The position numbers were made by a program, and so were the translations under genes. A stretch of 62,941 bases of DNA, counting the filler, from Basidioascus undulatus (taxonomy: Eukaryota), in the NCBI GenBank assembly GCA_000826855.1. It is 4 parts of 4 records of this genome, joined end to end, with 100 filler letters (N's around TTAATTAATTAA, not from the genome) between each part and the next. Parts side by side here need not be neighbours in the genome. Positions count along the whole stretch, not along the records: positions 15,808 to 31,487 come from JTLS01000630.1; positions 31,588 to 47,213 come from JTLS01000631.1; 2 more parts are not named here. One strand, written 5' to 3'. Position 1 is the stretch's first letter. Each line of letters starts with the position of its first letter. This document shows positions 23,343-34,171 of the stretch, in pieces. The notes under the pieces are model-generated. The model worked only from the letters and a program-made list of their open reading frames with translations. It was not told where the DNA came from and did not search any database.

Positions 23343-25610
23343 GGTTCTGCGGACCAATAGAATGTCAGCTTCCAGAGGGATCTGATAAGTGGCTCGAACG
23401 CACGCAGAATACGATGGTGTACTGTCGGGTTGCCATCAGCGGGTCGCGTGGACGGAGACATGGAAGTTGCATCAAATCAGGCGTACGCTAGTCTCGTCAA
23501 GAAACCTCTTGAGATCAGTATGTGGTTCTGGGTTGGCGGTAGTGGATAGCTGAGATTGGCAAAGGGAACGTGTCAGAGGTGAAAGGGGATGCCAAACGGT
23601 GCCTGGATGCTCCGCCAACGACCCGTGCCAGGCAGAGTCTCTTTGTGCTTGGTATAAGCACCCAACATAGCTTTTTCTTTGTGCCAAATCCCTCCAAGCC
23701 AGGACCAAGATTACACGAGACCAGGTGAGCCTGCGCATCGACTATCGCTGCGTCCGACCAGCTCGGTGGACGGCCAGCGGACTCGAACGAGTCTCACAGT
23801 GTGCCGCATACGGTCCTTATACGATCCCCATACCGCCCGTTCCCAACCCTTTCGCAAAAGAACACCGCCGATGCTCACCTCGTTCAGTCTCCCGCGGCCT
23901 TCCGCGCCCAGAGGTCCGTCCAAGCGTAGCGACTCCTACGCCCCGCCACACCGCACCACCGCCCGTCCGCGTCCTCCGGTCAACCCACACGGCAAATCCT
24001 GCGACAGGATCATCGTGGCGTACGAGTTTGTGAACGAACCCGTGCAGATCGTTGAGATTGAGCTTCCTACGCGGCGACGGTCGTGGGAATCAGAGTCCTC
24101 AAGTTCCCACCCTCGGCGGCGAAGATAGCCAGGGCGTTCCCATTTCGGTTTGGCATGAATTCATGTGTCGGACTTGTAGCCACCGGTCGCTGTGCCTTTC
24201 AACTGTAAGTCCTAGCAAATGTGCCACAGACGTTTGCTACAGTTATCCGATATATTCTATGAGCGCTTTTGTGGAGGTCTGCAACCTCCACCCACTTGAA
24301 AACGCAAAAACGGTGGAACCCAAGGCGGCCACACAGCGCGCGTAGGCAATCGTCGCTGTCCACCCATGGACCCGTCCTTGTGCGGTACTGGGTTCAAAGA
24401 ATAAGACATACAAAAGTATTTGGAAATCAATTCCATGCTCGTAGAGCCCGACGACACGGTAGAACTTCTGATCACTCGGTTCACTTGAGACGGATGACCC
24501 CGCGATGAATCTCACTCGGGCACTCGTGAACTCCTTGTCTTTGTCCATGGATATCTAGCTTGTGCAAATTGTTTTTAAAGATGAATCTTATCCTTTTGAC
24601 CCCAGTAACCAGTCTGTTGAGCTATGTCGAGCGAGAAAAGTGCGTGAACTGCACAATTTCCTTTCCGGGTGAACAACTTCCGCTAGCTATTTGTCAGATC
24701 GGACGGCCAGGGTGGATTACGAGAGGGTAAATCCCTGATGTATTAGACTGACCTGTATGATCAGACCAGTATTTCTCTGGGCAGTGGACAATGTTCCAGT
24801 CCGTGCGTGAGGCGGTCGCACCCAGGCCTCTCGCTGATGTCCCGCTGACCGAAACCCCCAGACTATGTTTCGGGGTGGGGTCCAAGCAATATAATTTCCC
24901 TTCTTACATCTGTACGGGCATCCAACGAGCTGCGCGGGCGTTCCTGCGAAAGGCAGGCTGCTTCTGTTGCAACGCTTCGTGTTGCAACGTCGCCGCGCCA
25001 GAGCATTCGTGAACTCGGAATTCCACAACGCAAAGACTACCAACCCTCTCCCATTTCAACCCTATCTTTTTCCTGGTAGTGGAATCATATGTTTTGGACA
25101 CGGCTTGGACGCCTTTCAGGCGATGAGCTTCTGAAGCCAGGCATCTCGCCCGCGACCGCTGTTCTCTCGCACAAATCTCAGCACTGACCACTTTCAAGCC
25201 CGCTGACATAGCCCCTCCCGCCTCTCCACCTAGCACATTATAATTCACCCAAACCAACCCGTTGCTTGACATCGGCTGCTGCGCAACCGGGCTCTTTTGC
25301 TTCGGCGAGTGGATCCCTGGCGCTAGGCCTCATCACGCCTCCTCACGTGAGGGCCCGGCGCCACCGTTCCTGCTCGTGCGGTCGAGGATCGAAGAGCACA
25401 TGAATTTCTGGGCCCTTTCCACTTTACCGGTAAGTACGTTGCCTATATTTTGCCTCCTTCTTCCACGCGTGTGGGGACAGCTGGCACCGGACGTCCGGCA
25501 GCCGGTATGGCCAGGCCCACTACCGCAGTGCAGCAAGCTCAATAAAAGGCAGTTGCTCGCTCAGAGTTGTCGTTCTTCTCCCTCTCACCATATCCCGTTC
25601 ATTCGTCGCC

Positions 25611-28600
25611 ATGGCCTCTGACCCCCTCTTCTCGCCCGGCGTCGTGCTCAGCCTGGGCGCCGCCGCGCTCGCAGTTGGCGGACTGTACAGCACCGTCCGC
25701 GCCATTCTCCCGGCTGAAGTTCCTGGGGTACACGATCCGCCGCAGTTTGGAACGGCGAAGGGCGCTGGGGCTCCTAAGACCTACGATTATATTATCGTCG
25801 GCGGGGGTAAGTCGGTGCTGGGTGTTCACTTGTTGTGGAATCTGCAGCTGACACTTTGATTGAAGGCACCGCGGGCTGCGTTCTTGCGGCTCGTCTTACT
25901 GATGACCCGAACGTGTCAGTGCTCGTGCTCGAAGCGGGTTCTAGGTAAGCATACAGGAGTTTATGGCGATGCCATCAGCAGATCTTCACCGAACCCTTTT
26001 TCAGCGCCGCCAACGTGCTTTTTTCCCTCCTTCCCTCTGGTTTCTCTAAGCTGTTCAAGTGTGTATTAATCATTTTAGATGCTTGCATATGCTCAAGGAA
26101 CCATCCCTCAGGACGCCGAGAGACTGGGAACTCTACACGGAGCCTCAGCCAGGTTGCGGGGGCCGCAAGCTCTACTGGCCGCGAGGCAAGATGCTCGGAG
26201 GTGAGTCCAAGCTCTAAGCACTAACGCGTCCCCTATTATTGACATGGAAATTGATTTATCAGGATCTAGCTGTATGAATGCCATGATGTGAGCTGCCCAG
26301 CCTTCGCTTTCACAAAGCGAACGCAACCTGACGGCAGCGCAGCTGGCACCATTGCTGCCCCGAGGACTTCAACGAATGGGCCGAGAAGACAGGCGACGAT
26401 GGCTGGTCTTACAACTCTCTCAAGCAGTGCGTCATTTCTCTCCCCTTCTTTCGTTTACTCCAGCTGACGCTCTCTCTTTCGCAGGTATTTCCGCAAGATC
26501 GAGAAATTCACGCCGCACGTCGACTTCCCGGTCGACCGAGAGCACCGCGGGACAGACGGTGCCATGAAGGTACTTAATGTCTTTCACTCTACTGAAAACA
26601 CCACACATTCGTGCTCACGAACAACCATTTAGGTCGGCTACTCTCACATGGCGGACAACACTCGTCGATTCCTCGACGCTTGCGCAGCGGTAGGCATCCC
26701 CCGGGTGCAGGACATCAACACGCCTGCGGGCTCGCTCGGCGCGACCAAAGTGTGTTTTCCTGTTTCATGGGGAGATTGGGCCTTATGTTCAACACTTTCG
26801 GTAGCTCCAAACGTTCATCGATCCCCTCGGCAAGCGCTCGTCTGCCGCCTCCGCATACTTGACTCCAGACGTCGTGGCCCGGACGAATCTGACGATTGGC
26901 GTTGGGGTGACCGTAAGGGTTTCTGAAGCATCCCTGTTATTTCAGTAACTAATGGTGGTTGACCTGGCAGACTACCCGAATTGTATTCGAGAATAGCGAG
27001 AAAGGCACTCCTCGTGCCGTCGGCGTGGAATTCACCACAGGGCTTGGGAAGCCCGCCTTTATCGCCCAAGCCAAGCAAGAGGTTCTTCTGACGTATGTTT
27101 CGTCCACGAGCTTCTTCATGCTCAGTCATGATAGCTAGTACCTTCCAGTGCCGGCTCCGTTCATTCGCCGCATCTCCTCATGCTCAGCGGCATGTGCGTT
27201 CTCTCACCACATGTCCACTTGCAGAGCTTGCACTGACGGTCTCTGCCCATTCCAGCGGCTCCTCCAATGAACTCGAAAAACACAACATCCCGCTCGTAAA
27301 GAATGTGCCGAGTGTGGGCAAGAACATGAAGGACCACCTGGCGGCGTTCTCTTGTTCCAAGGCGGCGCCTGGAACAGGGATCGACTACTTGCTTCACCCC
27401 GTCAAGGTCTGTTCACCCCCTTATTTACATTTGAGACTTCCGCTTAAGTTGCGCCCCCCTCTATTTTCAGGCCATCCCGGCGCTCTTGACATGGATTATG
27501 GGCAAGCCTGGCCCGGCGTGTAGCAACGTGCGGTTTCCCGGCTGTTTCCTGTGCATCCGCCGCATGCCTGACTGAGAGTCCGACGGGGATAACAGGTTGG
27601 CGAGGTGGGAGCTTTCATTCGGTCCACGGACGAGAGCCTCTTCCCCGAGCAGAAGGACCGGCCGCTCGAGGATCTGGCGAGTGGGCCGGGTGCGGCTGAT
27701 CTTGAGTACATCGGTACGTTGGGCGAGACTCAGTCCAGACTTCCATGCCAGATGCTCTGTCCTCACGCATTGCTACATTTAACTTGAATAGCTGCGCCGG
27801 TCCAATTTGTGGAGCACGGAACTGCACCGCCCCGGCCCGGCGACTGGCTAAGTCTCGGTCCCATTGGTCTCCGGTAAGCGTTCCTCCCATTTTCTCCAAA
27901 GATGGTGCTCAAGGGTGTAGCTTATAAATTTCCCGATCTACTACTCCCTGTAGACCAGCGAGTAGCGGCACCATCTCTCTTTCATCCTCCGACCCCTTCG
28001 CAGCCCCTCGCATCGACCCTAAGTGTGTTTTCCCACTTCATGCCAATGTCTTCTCCACTTAACGCTCTCCTCATAGCTACCTCACTGCTCCCAACGACGT
28101 GCGCGTTCTCGCCCGCGGCGCCCGCCTTGCCGCGAAGCTGTACCGCACCAGCCCGCTCAAGGAGGTGGTTGTCGAGATGGATCCCACTCTCGCAGCGGCC
28201 GTTGACTCAGGGAGCGAAGCGCAACTCGAGGGCTGGGTTCGGCAGAACGTCGAGACGCTGTACCACCCTGTGAATCAGTCAGCCAACTGGTAGGTTAGTG
28301 GGAGAGTGACTGACGGAAGTTGGTGGCTGCAGGTTAGCACTGTCCGCATGGGCAAAGAGGAGGAGGGCAGTGCACTCGACTCGCAGTGCAGGATGTACGG
28401 CGTCGATGGGCTCCGGGTCGTGGATGCCTCGAGCTTCCCAGAGCTGCCCGCAGGTCACACTGTAAGTAATATTCGCCGATTTACGTTCATCCGCGACGGT
28501 TGACGAGCCTGCTTTTTCGTGCTCTTCGCGCAGACCGCGCCTGTCCTCGTTCTCGCCGAACGAATCGCCGACATCATCAAGGCCTCTCGTTCGACAGCGA

Positions 28601-28611
28601 AGTCCGGATGA
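25611..28611 (+). CDS. GMC oxidoreductase (AA3-type) with N-terminal hydrophobic anchor
   Basis: YDYIIVGGG/TAGCVLAARL...VLVLEAG (FAD Rossmann fold), WPRGKMLGG/SSCMNAM, VGKNMKDHL, TLYHP/VSTVRMG, GLRVVDASSFP and GHT/TAP (His/His active-site pair). TGA at 28609-28611. Confidence 0.93.
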
Positions 28612-28863
28612 TTATCTTCTTCGGTATTTCTTTTTATTGAAAGGGTTTTGTTTGGGGATAATTGCTTGTACGGTTGTAGGACGCGATCACAGTTCACAGA
28701 TTGCACTTCGCAAAGGTCGCGTGTGTGCTGCACAATCAGTCTACTGGCTACGATCGCATCTCCGACCTCGAGCACGAAATCGCCTTTTTCAAGCTTAAGC
28801 ATTTGATCGTCACAGATTAGCCGGGGACCTCAGACAACATTCCCACCCTCCCCCTCTAGCAAC

Positions 28864-30002
28864 TCAGTGCAGCCAGTGCTTGAAAAAGGCACTACCCGTC
28901 TGCGCAGCGTCGATCTGTGCCAGAGCTGCGTAGCCGCCGAGGTCGGAGCCCCTACATCAAAAATGACACAGATGAGTATCTCTTCAAGCTGCACCGAGAA
29001 GATTCTCCTCGACGGGGCTCTGCTTACCGGGTTGTGAAGCCGTGTTCGGTGTTCAGGAATAGTGCCAGCTGGGACCAGACTGTCTCGTTCTTGGCGAGCA
29101 GCGCACCCTCTGCCGCACGCCTCTGTTCCGTAGGGAAATAAACATCATCTGGATAGAAGTAGAGTGGGGGGCCAGACACCCGACATAGTCAGTGTCGTAT
29201 GCGCTGAGGAAGGAACTGGCGGAAAAGACCCACATCCGGCAGTAAGCAGCAGCACCGGCTTGGTGAGCGCCTCATAGTCCCTCGTCTCCGTGATGGAAGG
29301 GTGAGCGACGGCCTCCGCGTCCGCCTTCGTCTCGTTCGCGCCCGATCCCAACCACAACGTCCCCGGCGCCCCCCAGCAAATACCCATCGAGCCCACTTTC
29401 CAGTACTTGCCCCGCAAGTCATTCACCACCGCCGCGATCTTTGTCCGGGCCACGTCCCCCCGCGGCGGGTACTTCTCCAGAAATGGGGCGGCGTCCCAAA
29501 CTGCGAACTCGTCGAACGCGTAGGGTGCATGCTCGCCGGAAAAGAAATCGGGAATGAAGACGTCTGCGTCAGCGTGGTGGGCGTAGAAATGCGCGAGGAG
29601 CCGGGTAGAGGGCAGGGCCCAGCCGAATACGTCGGTAATGAAAATGAGGGCCGGGCTGTTAGTGGAGGATGGGGAAGGCGCAAAGTAGGCGGGAAGGCCG
29701 CCGAGTGTGATTTCCTGGCCGCTGCGCACAGCGAAAGGTGGAAGGAGGGGCGTTGGAAGTGCGTGAATTGCGATGAAATATGCGTGGGAAGATGAAGTGC
29801 CCTACTCATGGGAGTTGGTATCGGGCAAGTCTGAAATCAAGTATCAAGATGACGGATTCCAGTTGTGAAGGCATTGGCACGCACGCCGAGGAACAAAATC
29901 ATCCGCCGTTCGCGGCGCAGAGGGCAGCGCCTCCGCGACGACGGCGACCGTTGCTAGACCGGCAAACGCAAGGAACGCAGAATAGGGCTTGGTCAGAATC
30001 AT
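28864..30002 (-). CDS. Dienelactone hydrolase family alpha/beta hydrolase with predicted signal peptide
   Basis: Five exons splice in frame: MILTKPYSAFLAFAGLATVAVVAEALPS.../HLPDTNSHD/GQEITLGG...TDVFG...PDFF...GICWG...AHPS...TAG/YDVYFP...EHGFTTR/G...FFKHWLH*. The GxCxG nucleophile, Asp and HGF His of the triad are present. Confidence 0.85.
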
Positions 30003-31487
30003 CCTATAGTGAGATTGTTGTGTGGTGAGAAGGGAAAATCTGGCCTCCAGGTCGGAGGCGGGCCTTAAAAGGCAATCTTAGGCAACGACCGGTCCGCAAG
30101 ACCTTGCATGACGCCTGATCTTGCCTTCGTCAGCCTAAGCCGCGATAGTTAGTACACGTGCTTTGAGATGCCAGTATTGTGCTTTGAATCCTGATCATTG
30201 GTGGAGTCTGTCGAGCGTGAGTGGATTGGTCAGACGACGCTCACAATGAGGACGTGGTTATCAACGCAGTAGTCAAAGTTGACAGAGGGCGCTCGCAGTG
30301 TGGACACGGTCTAATGGACGCGGTCAGCGAGCCGTGGAGCTTCTGGAAAGATTCAACGCAAGTTCCATGAGGCGAGCGGGCATAGCCTTGGCATTGCGTA
30401 GGAGTGTGAGGTTGCGGGAGTCAGGGGAGTCAGGTGAGTAGCGCGTGCTGAGGCCGGTGCGAACGAGCGCGGTGCAGATGTGGTCCAACTGTGGACGGTG
30501 GAACATCGTCCACGAAAGCTTTCAGGAAGGCCTATTGACGAGCTTGTCCTATTCCTTAAGTATCAACAAGAATTTTATGACCATCCACATCCTCCAGCCC
30601 ACTGCTTCGTGCCCCGTCGTCCTGCGATAGTCGACGCCAGGGGCAGCAGAGAGCTGCGAGGGAGAGGGCGTGCTCATGCATGTTTCTGAGATTTCTTCAT
30701 ACTGCTATTTGAGACTGCAGACCAGTTGGGGAAATCGAAGCTTCGAAGGTATTCGTGGAGTAGAATGACTCGAAGTATGGCAAGTTGTCGAGACCGAGTG
30801 GGAAAACACTGGCGCAACGGGGACGCTTGAGGCAGTCTACAGAAATAAAAAGCACTCACTTCGCAGCGAACCCACACCTTAACTGAAGGATGCGAGAATG
30901 CGATGCGTGAAAATGGGGCTACTGCTGTGCGTCAACCTCGCGCCAAAGGAGTGATCAGGCCCAGACAGAAAGACAGAGACGCGCTGCTGCATAACAGGTC
31001 GTGGGCTGTGCAATACCTCATGTTGAAGGTAAGAGTTTCTCAGACGACCTCGCTGGCGCGAGCGCCTGCAGCTGCCTGTGCATCATCTCGGATCCCTGCA
31101 TGGCGCCATTGTCGAGCAACGTTTCGTCTGTCGGCCGCCCAGTACTGCTCCTTCCTCACCACTCTTGGGCATTCACTGTGCTTTCCACATGTTCCAAGAA
31201 CACAAGAAAGGGATTGAGAGGCTGAAACAAGTAGCTGCTGGAGTGCTCAGCGAGGGAGATATGGTACTGCGACTCTAAATGGCAAGCACTCCGCATGGCA
31301 AGCGCCACACGACTACTATCGAGGAGCACAGGATATAAGTACAACAACAAAACGGGCTCACAATAAACAAGATCAACTCAGTCCCAGTCCGGTCCCTCTC
31401 AGTTCCTCCCCCTCGCCCCCGCACCCGTCCCCTGGCCCTCTACGGGCAAAACTCACCTCGCATCGCCTCCCAACTTCATCCAGAGCC

Positions 31488-31587
31488 NNNNNNNNNNNNN
31501 NNNNNNNNNNNNNNNNNNNNNNNNNNNNNNNTTAATTAATTAANNNNNNNNNNNNNNNNNNNNNNNNNNNNNNNNNNNNNNNNNNNN
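31488..31587. other. Artificial contig-joining spacer
   Basis: 44N-TTAATTAATTAA-44N. Confidence 0.97.
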
Positions 31588-32562
31588 AGAAAAATGGAAA
31601 GGGAGGGTGGGGGAGACGAACCAGTAGAAGAGCATGGAGGTCGCGCCGGAAGTAACCATCGGCGACTCGGAGACGGAGAAGACAGAGTAGAAGCCGACCT
31701 GCGTTCCACCCCCGCATCAGCCAGCCACTTTTACATCGCAGTCCACCCCAGTCCATCAATGAACATACGCACGCCGAACGCTGTACTCCCCTACCTACAG
31801 GTCAATCTCCAAGGTACTTCAGGGAAGGCGGACGAGGGCGAGGCGGAACGCACCCCCAATCTGCTCAGGATCCGGGTTCCCCTCCGCGATCTTCTTCAAT
31901 CTCGCCCAGTCCTGCTCGCGAAAGGGCATGCCACTGTCCTCCCGTCCCCCATCAGCTTCCTCCCTCCCTCCCCATCCCTCATCCGCTCTCAAAACGCACT
32001 TGTTCTTCACGCTCCACCTCGCGATCTGCCTCCCCCCGGCACGGTCAGTCTCGCCCGCCTGGGGGATGAGGCACCCAAGCGGCGCACCACATGCTTCTTC
32101 AAATCTGGGAGCTTTGCGGATGGGGGTGTGGGGTCGGAGGGATCGCGCTCGAGATATGAAGCAGACTCGAAGTGCACGGAGGCTGACGTCGCGCCCGCGT
32201 CGTCGGCGTTCTGGAGGATTTCGCGGAGGACGGTCCACTCTCCTGAATCTGTTGCGCACCCCACCTCAGCTGCACTGTGCGTACTCTATCGCGGATGGGA
32301 GGAACGTACAGCGCGCGAGCTGATAGGGGCCAGTGGGGGTCAGTCTGCGGAAGAACGGGAGGGGGGAGCAAGCATGGGTTGGGCAGACGGACGATCTTGT
32401 CTATCAGCGCACGCTGGTTGACCTCTACGCTCTCGTCCGCGCCTTGCTCAAGCTACTCTCCCCCCACCGCCCCCCGCCCACACACACATCCCACCCAGTC
32501 AGTCCACGCCGTCGCACTCCGTCCGGATCCCAACGCACCAGCGCTTTCCGAGCGGCGTCCAT
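31588..32562 (-). CDS. Sacsin/HSP90-like GHKL (HATPase) domain protein, 5' part only (likely fungal DUF3684 family)
   Basis: Spliced VEVNQRALIDKI/LAR/YSGEWTVLREILQNADDAGA (N box), KNN/GMPFREQDWARLKKIAEGNPD and FGV/GFYSVFS (G2 box). Truncated at the spacer. Confidence 0.85.
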
Positions 32563-32874
32563 GTCGGATCGAGCGCGCGGGGAGGAGTCTAAACGATTAT
32601 CGAAGGGAGTGTAGGATAGAATCTAGGTGTGTGGGAATGTGGTGGTGGATGTGGAAGACAAGACAAGAAAAGACACGGTGATGAGGCCGTGCAAGAGGTT
32701 GAGGGCCCGTCGCACAGCCAGAGGTCGGATCGCGGAGGCGGTCGAGATGCCGCAACACCCGCGGACGTAACGCAAAGCCAGCGTGGGAAAACGCACTTCG
32801 ACTTCCGACGCGACGGATCCAACGCGTCCTTTCAGTCGCGTCCCCTCCCCTCCCACACCATCCATTATCCCCAA
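32563..32874. promoter_or_regulatory. Probable bidirectional promoter (HATPase gene / SUB1)
   Basis: Head-to-head ATGs 312 bp apart. Confidence 0.5.
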
Positions 32875-33591
32875 ATGGCCAAGTCCACCACTTCCAAGCC
32901 CGCCCGTCGCGTCGCGCACGACTTTGACTCCTCCGTCCCCCCCGCGGGCTCAGCGAGCGAGAGCGAGGCGGAGGCGGTCAGCTCGGGCGTTGAGAGCAGC
33001 GCGGGGGAGGCTGTGAAGGGGAAGGGGAAGAAGCGGAAGGCTTCTGCGGGGAAGGTGGATGGGAAGAAAGAGGGGAAGAAGGCTAAGAAGGCTGAGGAGG
33101 CTGAGGAGCAAGGACAGGGGGAGGGACCGCAGGCGTTGAGGAATGAGGACGGGGATGGTGCGTCTCTCCTCTCTCATCCACCACTCTCCGGCATTCTCAT
33201 ATCCTTCCTATAGCATATTTCGAGGTCCGCGTTAAAGAGACAGTGTGTATGTGGATGCGATGCTGATCCGTGAACCGCAGCTCGGCCCCCACCGCCGCCT
33301 GACCATCCGCAAGTTCAACGGCAAGCCGCTCATCGACATCCGCGAGTACTACGCGGACAAGAAGGACGGCGGGAAGGAAAAGCCGGGGAAGAAGGGCATT
33401 GCGCTGGGGAGGGAACAGGTGCGTAGCTCAGGTCTTCCGCGTACCGTCTTCCCCTGCCGTCTTCTCGTCTTGCTGTGTTCGCTGGGTGAGGTTGGGGGAC
33501 AAAGACTGATTTGCATGCTGGTGGGGTGGGGAAGTGGGAGGAGGTGAAGAGGGTGCTAGGGGGGGTGGATAGGGAGTTGGGGAAACTTTGA
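32875..33591 (+). CDS. SUB1: Transcriptional coactivator PC4/Sub1
   Basis: Ser/Lys-rich N-terminus, then AYFE/LGPHRRLTIRKFNGKPLIDIREYY...KPGKKGIALGREQ/WEEVK (PC4 domain). TGA at 33589-33591. Confidence 0.92.
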
Positions 33592-34171
33592 TGCGGTGGA
33601 CGCGTCTGGTGGAAGGGCGGGGCACGGTGCGACGGTGCTTGCTTCCTCAGCTCACGTTCAAACGACGCATTTATGTTTCCATGTGACCGAGGTTTAATTG
33701 TAAGGTATTGCAAACCGCTGGGCCGAGCGCATTGATAATTCCAATTCCATCGAAGCGAGCGACAGTTCCGAGTCTGGATAGCGTGCGTTCGTGGGATAAG
33801 CTCGCCGTGCGTGTTTCTCCCTCCTTGTTCTTCGAATGAACCTCTGTCAATGTGAAAGATCGGTGATCTCCATTGCGTATCGACGTATCACTGTCCCGGC
33901 ATCCCTTCTGTAAATTGGCGCTCCCCCCTCCCAACCCGCACGTGACCCTTCGTTGAACGACCGCCCACCCGCACGCCAGAGCGTCTTTGCTTTCTCGCCA
34001 CGACCTTGCCTGCCTGCCGCTCGAGGCATACCAGCTTGTCTCTCCCATTCTTCTCCCATCCACACCCAGACCCGTCCATCTATTCCCTCCTAATTCCTCC
34101 CGTACGTATCCTCCCCCTGCCCCACGCGCTCCTTGCTAAGTTACCGGGATGATTTACAGACAGAGCACGCG

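Noticed and set aside
24082..24089. CSL consensus site CGTGGGAA 740 bp upstream of the CSL gene (autoregulation)
   Set aside because: The same 8-mer also occurs at 29783, 32782 and 52497, two of them in introns. The frequency is compatible with chance.
23700..25500. Possible transposon remnant between CSL and GMC genes, including doubled GTTGCAAC palindromes at about 24966-24989
   Set aside because: No DDE, RT, integrase or terminal-repeat evidence could be read, and the ORFs are short and unrecognisable.
12719..30002. Triterpenoid gene cluster (UGT + oxidosqualene cyclase + TF + GMC + hydrolase)
   Set aside because: The UGT is a relic on a different contig, the cyclase has housekeeping lanosterol-synthase residues, and there is no P450 or acyltransferase nearby.
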